Shown here: positions 43,686 to 53,198 of the stretch, in pieces | Layout of the letters: each line of letters begins with the position of its first letter | Position numbering within the stretch: position 1 is the stretch's first letter | Assembly (NCBI GenBank): GCA_044222475.1 | Contig: JBGANF010000002.1 | Coordinates: 108,419 to 172,418, forward strand | Origin: Polyangiaceae bacterium | GTDB lineage: Bacteria; Myxococcota_A; Polyangia; Polyangiales; Polyangiaceae | Direction of reading: 5' to 3' | DNA length: 64,000 nucleotides | Notes under the pieces: model-generated | Seen by the model: the letters and a program-made list of their open reading frames with translations, nothing else | The model's database searches: none | What the model was told of the DNA's origin: nothing | Position numbers and translations under genes: made by a program

Positions 43686-44435
43686 GTGGAAGCCAACGAA
43701 GCCGCCCCCGAGCCCAAGCACGAGATCGAACGCCTCGGCGTCCCCATGGGCGCCGGCAAGCCCATTCCGGCCAACGGCGCGCCCGGCTACCTGTTCCTCG
43801 CGTTCGTGTCCGTCGCCACGCTCGGGATGGATATCGCCTCGAAGATCTGGGCCGAGAAGACCCTCGATCTCCGCCCGCCGATGAGCGTCATCGAAGGCAA
43901 GACCTTCAACATGGGCTTCCAGCTCGCGCGCAACAAAGGCGGCGCGTGGGGCCTCCTGCAGACCGCGAGCGAGAACCTCCGCCGGCCGTTCTTCCTGCTC
44001 GTCTCGGCGCTCGCGATCGGCTTCATCGTCTACCTCTTCTCGCGCCTCCAGCCGCGCCAACGCGCGCTCCGATGGGGCCTCCCGCTCGTGCTCGGCGGCG
44101 CGCTCGGCAACGTGTTCGATCGCATCCGCTACGGCTTCGTCATCGACTTCATCGACGTGCACATCCTCCGCGACGGCAAAGAGCACCACTGGCCGACGTT
44201 CAACGTCGCCGACATCGCGATCTGCGTCGGTGTCGCCCTCATGGCGATCGACATGTTCGGATCGAAGCGCGGCGCCGAGAAGGACGAGAAGAAGGAAGAC
44301 GACGACGAGCCCGAGGAGAAACCGGCCGAAGAGAAATCCGCCGAGGAGAAATCCGCCGAAGAGAAACCGGCCGAAGAGAAATCCGCCGAAACCGACGAGC
44401 CGAAGGCCGAGGAGAAACCGGCCTCCGAGACCTGA
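43686..44435 (+). CDS. lspA: Lipoprotein signal peptidase II with acidic repeat tail
   Basis: D..SK, NKGGAWG, GGALGNVFDR, VIDFI, FNVADIAI; start 43662 or 43686. Confidence 0.93.
   Translation: MEANEAAPEPKHEIERLGVPMGAGKPIPANGAPGYLFLAFVSVATLGMDIASKIWAEKTLDLRPPMSVIEGKTFNMGFQLARNKGGAWGLLQTASENLRRPFFLLVSALAIGFIVYLFSRLQPRQRALRWGLPLVLGGALGNVFDRIRYGFVIDFIDVHILRDGKEHHWPTFNVADIAICVGVALMAIDMFGSKRGAEKDEKKEDDDEPEEKPAEEKSAEEKSAEEKPAEEKSAETDEPKAEEKPASET
44313..44425 (+). repeat. 15-nt coding tandem repeat (EEKPA/EEKSA)
   Basis: GARGAGAAAYCSGCC units in the lspA 3' end. Confidence 0.7.
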
Positions 44436-44444
44436 GGAAGAGCC

Positions 44445-45386
44445 GTGCGATCGCCGCTCTTCACCCTGCTCGGCGTCGGCTTCCCGTCCTACTTCGTCCT
44501 CCTCCTCACCGGCTTCCTCTTCGCCACCGCGCTCGGCGTCATCTGGGCGCGCCGCATCGGGCAGAACCCGGACGTCATCGTCGACCTCGGCCTGTCGATG
44601 CTCCTCGCCGGAGTCGCCGGCGGTCGGCTCCTTCACGTCTTCGCCGACGGGTTCTTCTGGGACTACGTCCACCTCTGCACCGATCCCACCAAGGTGACCT
44701 GGCCGCTCGATCACGCGACCTGCGTCGATCCGCTGTACGGCGGCCGCTGGGACGACGTGACCAACACCTGCCACCCCGCAAAGGCCGACTGCTTCGCCTG
44801 GGCGGAGTTCTGGGCCGGCGGTCTCACGTACTACGGCGGCTTCATCGGCGCGTCGCTCGCCGCGTGGTTCCTGCTCCGTCGTGACAAGTTCCCGTTCTGG
44901 AAGGCGGCCGACATGGCCGGCTTCGCGGTGCCGCTCGGCCTCGCGTTCGGTCGCATGGGCTGCCTGCTCGCGGGCTGCTGCTTCGGGACCCGGTGCGATC
45001 TCCCGTGGGGCCTCGCGTTCCCGCCGTGGAGCCCGGCGAGCGAGGCGCAGGCGAAGGCTCACGTCCTCCCGCACGCTGCTCTATGGTCGTTTCGCGTGCA
45101 TCCTACACAGATTTACGAGTCGCTGGCGTCGCTCGCGATCGCGTTCGTCGCCCTCGCGGTCGTGCACCCCCGGAAGCGCTACGACGGCCAGGTCTTCGTC
45201 GCGTTCCTCGTCATGTACGCCATCGCTCGCTTCCTCCTCGAGACCCTTCGGGACGACGATCGGGGCGGGTTCTTCCACCTCTCGACGTCGCAGCTCATCG
45301 GCCTGGCGCTGATCGCCGTCGCGACCGGGATCCACGTGGTCCGGGCCCGCTCCGAATTTCGCCTTTCGCGGCCCGTCGCGGCATAA
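44445..45386 (+). CDS. lgt: Prolipoprotein diacylglyceryl transferase family protein
   Basis: GGRL.HV, GGLTYYGG, GRMGC..AGCCFG, HPTQIYES, RFLLE.LR.D; next to lspA. Confidence 0.88.
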   Translation: MRSPLFTLLGVGFPSYFVLLLTGFLFATALGVIWARRIGQNPDVIVDLGLSMLLAGVAGGRLLHVFADGFFWDYVHLCTDPTKVTWPLDHATCVDPLYGGRWDDVTNTCHPAKADCFAWAEFWAGGLTYYGGFIGASLAAWFLLRRDKFPFWKAADMAGFAVPLGLAFGRMGCLLAGCCFGTRCDLPWGLAFPPWSPASEAQAKAHVLPHAALWSFRVHPTQIYESLASLAIAFVALAVVHPRKRYDGQVFVAFLVMYAIARFLLETLRDDDRGGFFHLSTSQLIGLALIAVATGIHVVRARSEFRLSRPVAA

Positions 45387-45393
45387 TGGCGGC

Positions 45394-45654
45394 GTGAAGT
45401 CGGTCGTACTCGCCTGGTTCGCCGTGGCCGCATCGTGCGTGGCGTTCGCCGCGTGCTCGCAGCCCGACACGAAGCCCCCCTACCTGAACCCCGGTGGGGA
45501 CTCCTCGATCATCATCGGCGACGGCGGCGGCGGTGGCGACGGCGCCGTGAAGGACACCGGCACGGTCAAGGACACCGGCACGGTCAAGGACACTGGCGTC
45601 GTGGAGACCGGTGCCGACTCCGGCGCCGACGCGAGCGACGCCGCCGCCGACTGA
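45394..45654 (+). CDS. Small lipoprotein with VKDTGT repeats
   Basis: Lipobox FAAC; 18-nt repeats; CATAAT 6 nt upstream of GTG. Confidence 0.75.
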   Translation: MKSVVLAWFAVAASCVAFAACSQPDTKPPYLNPGGDSSIIIGDGGGGGDGAVKDTGTVKDTGTVKDTGVVETGADSGADASDAAAD

Positions 45655-45667
45655 CTTGCCGACTGAC

Positions 45668-45695
45668 TTGCGTGTGGGCGCGCGGCGCGTACCTT
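45668..45695 (+). promoter_or_regulatory. Sigma70-type promoter for folD (leaderless)
   Basis: TTGCGT-16 nt-TACCTT, 6 nt upstream of ATG 45702. Confidence 0.5.
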
Positions 45696-45701
45696 GCGCC
45701 C

Positions 45702-46592
45702 ATGACCGCACGCCTCCTCGACGGGAAGAAGATCGCGGAAGAGCTCCGCGCGAAGATCAAAGACGACGTCGCCAAGTTCGTCGCGAAGCACGGGCGGCAG
45801 CCGGGGCTCGACGTCGTCCTCGTCGGTGACGATCCGGCGAGCGCGGTCTACACGAAGAACAAGGAGAAGTCCGCGAACGAGGTCGGCATGCGCAGCCGCC
45901 TCCACCGCCTCGCCGCCGACACGTCCGAGGCGACGCTCCTCGACCTCATCGCGAAGCTCAACGCCGACGACGCGGTCGACGGGATCCTCGTGCAGCTGCC
46001 GCTCCCGAAGCAGATCGACGACGCGAAGGTGATCGACGCGATCGATCCGTCGAAGGACGTCGACGGGTTTCACCCCACGAACGCCGGGCTCCTCGCGATC
46101 GGGCGCATGGACCGCGCGCTCGTCCCGTGCACGCCGCGCGGGTGCATGCACCTGATCGCGCGCGCCGGCACCGACCTCACCGGCGCTCACGCCGTCGTGG
46201 TCGGCCGGAGCAACATCGTCGGCAAGCCGGTCGCGCTGCTGCTCCTCGCCGCCCACGCGACGGTCACGATCGCGCACTCGCGCACGAAGGACTTGCGTGC
46301 AGTCTGCAAGTCCGCGGACGTGCTCGTCGCCGCCGTCGGCAAGGCCGAGATGATCCGAGGCGACTTCGTCAAGCCGGGGGCGACGGTGATCGACGTCGGC
46401 ATCAACCGCGTCCCCGATCCGTCGAAGGGCGAGAACGGGACGCGGCTGGTCGGAGACGTGGCCTTCGCGGAAGCGGTCGAGGTCGCGGGCGCCATCACGC
46501 CAGTGCCGGGTGGAGTGGGCCCGATGACGATCGCGTGTCTCCTGGAGAGCACCCTGCGAGCCGCGACCGCGCGCGCAACTTCTCGCCCGTGA
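45702..46592 (+). CDS. folD: Methylenetetrahydrofolate dehydrogenase/cyclohydrolase
   Basis: [43 protein letters not shown]. Confidence 0.96.
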   Translation: MTARLLDGKKIAEELRAKIKDDVAKFVAKHGRQPGLDVVLVGDDPASAVYTKNKEKSANEVGMRSRLHRLAADTSEATLLDLIAKLNADDAVDGILVQLPLPKQIDDAKVIDAIDPSKDVDGFHPTNAGLLAIGRMDRALVPCTPRGCMHLIARAGTDLTGAHAVVVGRSNIVGKPVALLLLAAHATVTIAHSRTKDLRAVCKSADVLVAAVGKAEMIRGDFVKPGATVIDVGINRVPDPSKGENGTRLVGDVAFAEAVEVAGAITPVPGGVGPMTIACLLESTLRAATARATSRP

Positions 46593-46707
46593 ACGTGAAC
46601 GTGCCCGTGCCCGTGCACGAATCACGTGTGCCGACTGGGTGAGAAATCGCGAGTCGGTCAGCGTCTTCGATCGTTCACGGGCACGGGCACGTGCACGTTC
46701 ACGGGGA
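46586..46707. repeat. Inverted pair of hexamer-built REP/MITE-like arms (copy B) between convergent folD and parB
   Basis: CCCGTGAACGTGAACGTGCCCGTGCCCGTGCACGA at 46586-46620; reverse arm at 46671-46707; spacer has inner stem CCGACT/AGTCGG. Confidence 0.88.
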
Positions 46708-46716
46708 GAGAGGTGC

Positions 46717-47593
46717 TCAGAGGATCTTGTCCAGCACCCGATCCAGCGCATCGAGATCCGCATACGGGATCACGATCTCCCCCCGGTTCCCATGGTCCTT
46801 CACGAGGACCTTGGTCCCGAGCTTCCGCATCAGCCTCGCCTCGAGATCGCGCACCGACGCGGCCTTGGCCTTCGCCTTCTCGGCGTCGCCCTTCTGCGCC
46901 GGCTTCTTCGCCCCGCGCACGAGCGCCTCGGTCGCGCGCACGTTGAGCTTCCCGCGGATCACTTTCTCGGCGATCTCCTCGATGCGCTTCGCGTCGTCGA
47001 CGCCGAGCAGCGCTCGCGCGTGACCTTCGGTGAGCTCGCCGGTGACGATCTTCGTGCGGACGCGCGGCGGGAGCTTCAGCAGCCGCAGGCTGTTCGTCAC
47101 CGTCGTGCGGTCCTTGCCGAGCCGCTTCGCGAGCGCTTCCTGCGTGAAGCCGTGCTCCTTGACGAGGCGATCGAGCGCCTCCGCGAGCTCGACCGGGTTC
47201 AGGTCGGCGCGCTGCACGTTCTCGATCAGCGCGAGCTCGAACGCCTTCTGCGGCGAGACGTCCTTGACGACGACGAGGACCTCTTTGAGCCCCGCCTTCT
47301 GCGACGCGCGCCACCGGCGCTCGCCGGCGATGAGCTCGAACTTGTCCTGCGCGCCTTCGTGGCGGACGCGCCGCACGACGAGCGGCTCGAGCAAGCCGTG
47401 CTCCCGGATGGAGTGCGTGAGCTCTTCGAGCGCGGTGGCGTCGAAGTGCTGACGCGGCTGCCCGCGCTGGGGAACGATGCGCTCGATCGCGCACGAGAAG
47501 ACGCTCTTGTCGCCGTACTGCGGCGCCGCTTTCCCGGCCGCCGGCGAGAGGAGCGCGTCGAGCCCGAGGCCGAGGGCGCGCTTCTTCTTCGCG

Positions 47594-47604
<11 letters not shown>
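46717..47604 (-). CDS. parB: Chromosome partitioning protein ParB
   Basis: ALGLGLDALL, QPRQHF, LIAGERRWRAS, ENVQRADLNPVE, HTH, GHARALL. Confidence 0.95.
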
Positions 47605-48409
<805 letters not shown>

Positions 48410-48546
48410 GGCGAGCGGATGTACCGCAGCGCGCCTCACGCGTCACCAAGCAGAAAAAACGGAGACGTTTTCTTGGTCGTCCCGAACCCCGGTAGTAGGG
48501 TGTCGGCAGATGTAGGATAACTACCTACCTCAAAACGAACGAAGCG

Positions 48547-48714
48547 ATGAAAGCCCTTCTCCAAGCAGCCCTGCAGACCCCGAGTGATCCCGCCGTCGAG
48601 CGGATCCTTCGCGACGGGTTCTATCGCGCTGCGCCCAGCGAGCTGGCGAGCGGACTGGACGGAGAAGGCGTCGTCATCGCGCTCGCTGAACGACGACGAC
48701 GCTGTCTGGGGTGA
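48547..48714 (+). CDS. Putative small protein (55 aa)
   Basis: Hand-translated, below track cutoff: MKALLQAALQTPSDPAVERILRDGFYRAAPSELASGLDGEGVVIALAERRRRCLG*. Confidence 0.4.
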   Translation: MKALLQAALQTPSDPAVERILRDGFYRAAPSELASGLDGEGVVIALAERRRRCLG

Positions 48715-48749
48715 CGGCGTCACCAAAACGAAAATCAGGAGGAGAGACT

Positions 48750-48932
48750 ATGGCCGTTCCCAAGAGCTACCGGTCGATGGAGGACTTTGCCCGCGAAGAG
48801 CTGCGCGCCGACTACAAGGCGGGCTTCTCGCTCGACGACCTCCATCAAGAAGCGACGTTCGACTCCGGTGATCTGCTCTTCGACGACACCGTCGACGAGT
48901 ACGACCCCGACGCGTTCGACGACGACGACTGA
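48750..48932 (+). CDS. Small, highly acidic protein (60 aa)
   Basis: Strong SD AGGAGG before ATG 48750; MAVPKSYRSMEDFAREELR...DEYDPDAFDDDD; terminator downstream. Confidence 0.8.
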   Translation: MAVPKSYRSMEDFAREELRADYKAGFSLDDLHQEATFDSGDLLFDDTVDEYDPDAFDDDD

Positions 48933-49026
48933 GTCTCGGCCCAAACATCACCGCTCGGCTTCTGCCTTCCTCCCGCGCGTCTCGGCTCGATGCCGTGACG
49001 AGCTTTTCTGGAGGCCGAGCTTCCTG

Positions 49027-49057
49027 GCCCTCGGAGTGCCTCCTCCGAGGGCTTTTT
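49027..49057 (+). terminator. Intrinsic terminator
   Basis: GCCCTCGGAG-tgcctc-CTCCGAGGGC perfect 10-bp stem followed by TTTTT. Confidence 0.85.
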
Positions 49058-49088
49058 CTATTTCGCTTTGCCACTATGCTCGGGGGCG

Positions 49089-50927
49089 ATGACGTCTTCG
49101 AGCGCGGTCGTGCGCGAGTTCGGCGAAGAGCTCCGCGCCATCCGCGACGCTGCGGGCGGTGACCTCGAGCAAGAGGCGCGGGCGATCTACCTCGTCACGC
49201 TCGAGCGCGAGCAGCTCGTCACCGTCGCCTACGCCGGCAGCGCTCTGCAGGATCGCGTCGCTCGGCTCGACGCACCGGAGGAGGTCCGCGAGATCGTGCG
49301 CCACGCCCTGTTCTGGGCGGCGCGCGACGAGGACATGCACACCGTCTACGCGCGCGGCGTGCTCTTTCGACGCGGCGAGAACCTCCTCGTCGTGCGGACG
49401 TTCGCGCAGCAGCTCGGCGGCTTCGTCGCCGGTTGGTCGAGCGCGGTCGCCCAGCACGTGACGTGGTCGCAGGCCCCGCTGTCGCGTCTCGGCGCAGCGC
49501 TCGTGTCCGTCGCCGGCCTCGCGGCCGGCAAGGTCCCCAAGTCGGCCCGCGCGACGCTGAGCTACCGCACCTTCCGCGAGTTCTGCACGTTCAACGTCGA
49601 GGCGGAGCAGACCGCGGCGATGGCGTGGCGCCGGCTCGCCGAGCTCGTCCCCGACGAAGCGACGACCTACCGCCGCGTCGCCGACGACGAGATCAAGCAC
49701 AGCCTGGTGTTCCAGGCCTTCGCCGACGTGTTCGACGACGACGATCGCCTGGTCGCCGGTGAGAACGCCGCGAAGCTCCTCGATCGCCTGCGCGCAGCCG
49801 ATCCGGTCTTCGTACCAAGAAGGTACCGCGACACCGACAACCTCCTCGGCACCGGTGGCACGGTCTTCGTGCGCAAATCCCGCGAAGAGTCGCGCGAGGC
49901 GATCGACCCGGTGGCGCTCCTCGACGAGGTGCTGAAGGCCAGCGGTGCGCTCCTCACGGCATCACGCCGGCTCGGCGAGCGCGGTCGAGTCGCGATCAAG
50001 GCCGACTTCATGATGTCGTACGACGCGCGCGACCGGACGACGACCGTCGATCCCGAGCTCCTCCGCGCCCTCGTCGTGCGTCTTCGCCAGGCCGGGGCCA
50101 AGGAGATCACCGTCATCGAGACGGGGAACCTCTTCGACCACCACTTCGATCACCGGAGCGTCCACGAGGTCGCGGAGTACATGGGGCTCGCGCTCCCGGA
50201 CGTGCGCCTGGTCGACGCCGCGCAGGATCTCGTCCCCCATCGGTTCGCCCGCGGCATGGGGCAGGAGCACGTCTCTGCCGCGTGGAAGGACGCCGACCTC
50301 CGCATCTCGCTGGCGAAGCTGAGAACGAACCCCGCGTTCCTCGCCCACGTGTCGCTCGCGAACATGCAGACGCTCGGCCAGCGCATCGATCAGCTGCTCT
50401 TCGCCGACCGCGTCGCCGATGCGTGCACCGGCCTCATGATGGTGCTCGACGAGTTCCCCTGTCACCTCGCGATCGTCGACGCGACCCGCGACGTCGCCGA
50501 CGACGTGACCGGCATCCTCGGTACGTCGTCTCCGCGTCACCCCGGGCGCATCTACCTGTCCGAAGACGCGCTCGCCCTCGACTGGGTCGTGCTCGCCCAC
50601 CTCGGGCTCAAGAACCTCCCGCGGCCGGCGCCGGCTCAGGCCGCGCTCGACTGGTTCGGCGACGTGCGCGAGAGCCTCGAGGTCGACGGCACGAACGAGC
50701 CGATCGCGCCGTTCGTGACCGGCCACTCCGACGATCTTCGGATCGCCCTCACGTCGCTGGCGTATCCGGTCTACGCGTATTTCTCCGACGGCGGAGCGTT
50801 CTGGGTGCCGAAGATGGACCCCGCGCGCTTTCCCCTGAAGTCGCGCGAGTCGATGCTCACGTACGTGGCGCGGCGCATCCTCCGGAGCACGTTCCGCTTC
50901 GGGAGCCCGGTCGAGGACTGGGAGTGA
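49089..50927 (+). CDS. Ferritin-like diiron domain fused to DUF362 domain
   Basis: E..DEDMH and E..DEIKH pairs; DUF362-like VAIKAD, TT.DPELLRALV, ISLAKLRTN, IVDA, DALALD. Confidence 0.75.
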   Translation: MTSSSAVVREFGEELRAIRDAAGGDLEQEARAIYLVTLEREQLVTVAYAGSALQDRVARLDAPEEVREIVRHALFWAARDEDMHTVYARGVLFRRGENLLVVRTFAQQLGGFVAGWSSAVAQHVTWSQAPLSRLGAALVSVAGLAAGKVPKSARATLSYRTFREFCTFNVEAEQTAAMAWRRLAELVPDEATTYRRVADDEIKHSLVFQAFADVFDDDDRLVAGENAAKLLDRLRAADPVFVPRRYRDTDNLLGTGGTVFVRKSREESREAIDPVALLDEVLKASGALLTASRRLGERGRVAIKADFMMSYDARDRTTTVDPELLRALVVRLRQAGAKEITVIETGNLFDHHFDHRSVHEVAEYMGLALPDVRLVDAAQDLVPHRFARGMGQEHVSAAWKDADLRISLAKLRTNPAFLAHVSLANMQTLGQRIDQLLFADRVADACTGLMMVLDEFPCHLAIVDATRDVADDVTGILGTSSPRHPGRIYLSEDALALDWVVLAHLGLKNLPRPAPAQAALDWFGDVRESLEVDGTNEPIAPFVTGHSDDLRIALTSLAYPVYAYFSDGGAFWVPKMDPARFPLKSRESMLTYVARRILRSTFRFGSPVEDWE

Positions 50928-52336
50928 CGCGCGCGATCGTCGTCGGCGGCGGCATCGGGGGTCTCTCGTGCGCGTCGTACCTGCGCGGTCACGACGTCGA
51001 CGTCACGCTCCTCGAAGCCGCGCCGTTCTTCGGCGGCCTCGCGTCGGGCTTCGACGCCGGCGGGCTCCAGTTCGACGGTGGGCCGTACATCCTGCTCGAC
51101 CGGCCGGGCCTCGCGTGGGCGTTCGGCGAGCTCGGCCTCGTGCTCGACGACGAGCTCGCGCTGCGACGCGTGGACTTCGTCTACGAGGTGCGCAGCGAAG
51201 GCGCTCCGCCGGTACGCATCTTCGGCGACCTCGAAGAGACGGTCGCCGATCTCGAAGCGGGCTACCCCGGCTCCGCCCACGCGTACCGCCGCTTCATCGA
51301 GGACATGCGCCTCGCGAACGAGCGTCTCCGGCCGCTGCTCACCCACGAGTCTCCGGGCGCGATCACCGCGCTCGAGACCGGCGCGGTCCTCGCCCTCCCG
51401 GTCATCCTGACGAGCCTGAAGCGCGTGCTCGAAAAGACCGGCCTCGCGGCGCCGGTGCGGCACGCGCTCGCGATCTGGACGCACATCGCTGGTCAAGATC
51501 TCGCGACCGCGCCGAGCCCGCTCGCGTTCGTGCCCGCGCTCGTCCACACCGAGGGCTGCTACGTCCCGCGCGGGGGCGTCGCCGCGGTCGCGGCTCGCCT
51601 CGAGGCGCTCGCGCGCGAGCGCGGCGCAGTCCTCCGCTCGAGCGCGAAGGTGAAGCGGATCACCGTGGACGAGGGTCGCGCGACCGGCGTCGAGCTCGAC
51701 TCGGGCGAGACGCTCTCGGGGGACTTCGTCGTCTCGAACGCGGGGGGCGTGGGGACGCTGCTCGACCTCGCGAGCGGCACGTCCGGGATGGACGAGTACG
51801 TGGCCGGTCTCCCGCTGCAGTCCCCGGGAGTCGCCGCGTTCCTCCGCGCGCGGCCCGCGCCGCCGCGCTCGCCCTACATGACGTTCTGGCGGGCCGAGGA
51901 CGACGCCCAAGCGCCGTCGCGACTGCTCGTGCAGCCGTCGGCCCTCGAGCCGACGACTCCGAGCGCGCGCGTCCCTGCTCGGATCATCGCGCCGCTGTCT
52001 CACGCGATCTCGACGGAGCTCGCGGCGGAAGGGCAGGAGAAGCTGCTCGACCGGCTCCTCGCCGAAGAGCGCTTCACGCGCGAGCTCGGCGCGTTCGATG
52101 TCGTCGCCCGGCGCACGCCGCGCACCTACGGGAGCACGCACCACCTCTACCGGGACAGCATGAACCCGGTCATGACGGCGGCGTTCATGCGCGAGGGTCG
52201 GTTGCCGCATCGCCTGAAGAAGCCGAAGGGGCTCTACCTCGTGGGGAGCGCGACGCACCCGGGGCAGTGGGTGAGCTTCTGCGCGATCTCCGGCGTGCTC
52301 GGGGCGAAGAAGGCGCTTCACGATGCCGCTCGCTGA
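50924..52336 (+). CDS. Phytoene desaturase (CrtI)-like FAD-dependent oxidoreductase
   Basis: VVGGGIGGL, GG...F..GG.QFDGGP, PRGG, GLYLVGSATHPG; GTGA overlap with upstream gene. Confidence 0.82.
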   Translation: MTRAIVVGGGIGGLSCASYLRGHDVDVTLLEAAPFFGGLASGFDAGGLQFDGGPYILLDRPGLAWAFGELGLVLDDELALRRVDFVYEVRSEGAPPVRIFGDLEETVADLEAGYPGSAHAYRRFIEDMRLANERLRPLLTHESPGAITALETGAVLALPVILTSLKRVLEKTGLAAPVRHALAIWTHIAGQDLATAPSPLAFVPALVHTEGCYVPRGGVAAVAARLEALARERGAVLRSSAKVKRITVDEGRATGVELDSGETLSGDFVVSNAGGVGTLLDLASGTSGMDEYVAGLPLQSPGVAAFLRARPAPPRSPYMTFWRAEDDAQAPSRLLVQPSALEPTTPSARVPARIIAPLSHAISTELAAEGQEKLLDRLLAEERFTRELGAFDVVARRTPRTYGSTHHLYRDSMNPVMTAAFMREGRLPHRLKKPKGLYLVGSATHPGQWVSFCAISGVLGAKKALHDAAR

Positions 52337-53162
52337 GTGCGACTCGATCCGCGTTCGAGGCGCCGCCATCCGCGCGCGCTTCGTCGGATCCCAAAACGGT
52401 ACACCGACGGTCGCCATGCACGGCTATCCCGACACGCTGCGCGTCTTCGAGCCGCTCGCCGACGCCGTCGCCGCCACGCACCGCACGCTCCTCTTCGACT
52501 GGCCGGGGCAGGGGAAGAGCGACCCCCTCGAACGCACGCACGATCCCTGGGACCGCGCCGACTTCCTGCGGGACCTGCTCGACGCGGCTGGCATCGATCG
52601 AGCGACGTTGATCGCGCACGACATGGGGGCGCTCCCCGCGCTCGCGTTCGCCCAACGTTTCCCCGAACGCGTCGATCGCGTCGTCCTGAGCCACGCGCTC
52701 CTCGACGACACGGCGCCGGTCTCGCTCGACATCGAGCTCATGCGGGGCTGCCACCTCTACCCGTGGGTCCTCTCGCTCACGCCCGGCTTGGTCTTCGACC
52801 GCTGCGTGGCCTCGTTCCTGGACCCGCCGCATGCCCTCTCCCGCGAATCTCTGGCCGAAATGCGCGCCGACTTCGTCGCCGCCCGCGATCCGGTCATCGC
52901 CTCGTGCCGCGCCTACGACGCGGCGTTGCCGACGTTCCTCTCGTCGCTTCGCCTCCCGAACGCGCCTTTTTCTCTGCTCTGGTCGTCGGACGATGCAGCC
53001 CTCCATTTCCCCGTCGCACACGCCAGCGCCCTCGCTCGTCGCCTGCACGATCCAGACGGGCGGGCTGGAATCCACCTCCTCCCGCCCTGCCGCCATTGGG
53101 CCTTTGCCCAAGGGGGCGCCATTCTCGCGAAAATCGTGGAAATCCTGCGGCTTGGTCCTTGA
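52323..53162 (+). CDS. Alpha/beta hydrolase, epoxide hydrolase/dehalogenase type
   Basis: HGYP, FDWPGQGKSD, nucleophile elbow AHDMG, C-terminal CRHW. Confidence 0.8.
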   Translation: MPLAECDSIRVRGAAIRARFVGSQNGTPTVAMHGYPDTLRVFEPLADAVAATHRTLLFDWPGQGKSDPLERTHDPWDRADFLRDLLDAAGIDRATLIAHDMGALPALAFAQRFPERVDRVVLSHALLDDTAPVSLDIELMRGCHLYPWVLSLTPGLVFDRCVASFLDPPHALSRESLAEMRADFVAARDPVIASCRAYDAALPTFLSSLRLPNAPFSLLWSSDDAALHFPVAHASALARRLHDPDGRAGIHLLPPCRHWAFAQGGAILAKIVEILRLGP

Positions 53163-53186
53163 CCCGGGCGGCGAAAAAAGTAGGTT
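53159..53186 (+). promoter_or_regulatory. Sigma70-type promoter for tig
   Basis: TTGACC-16 nt-TAGGTT. Confidence 0.5.
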
Positions 53187-53198
53187 GCGAGGCCCTCC

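Noticed and set aside
45646..45671. Short direct repeat GCCGACTGACTT x2 at the lipoprotein stop
   Set aside because: Only two 12-bp copies; most simply a local duplication, though it overlaps the putative folD -35
48410..48749. tRNA or known riboswitch in the parA upstream region
   Set aside because: No cloverleaf or recognisable riboswitch consensus; a small ORF explains much of the interval
50924..52336. Calling the oxidoreductase crtI of a carotenoid cluster
   Set aside because: No crtB, crtE or cyclase nearby; family-level similarity only
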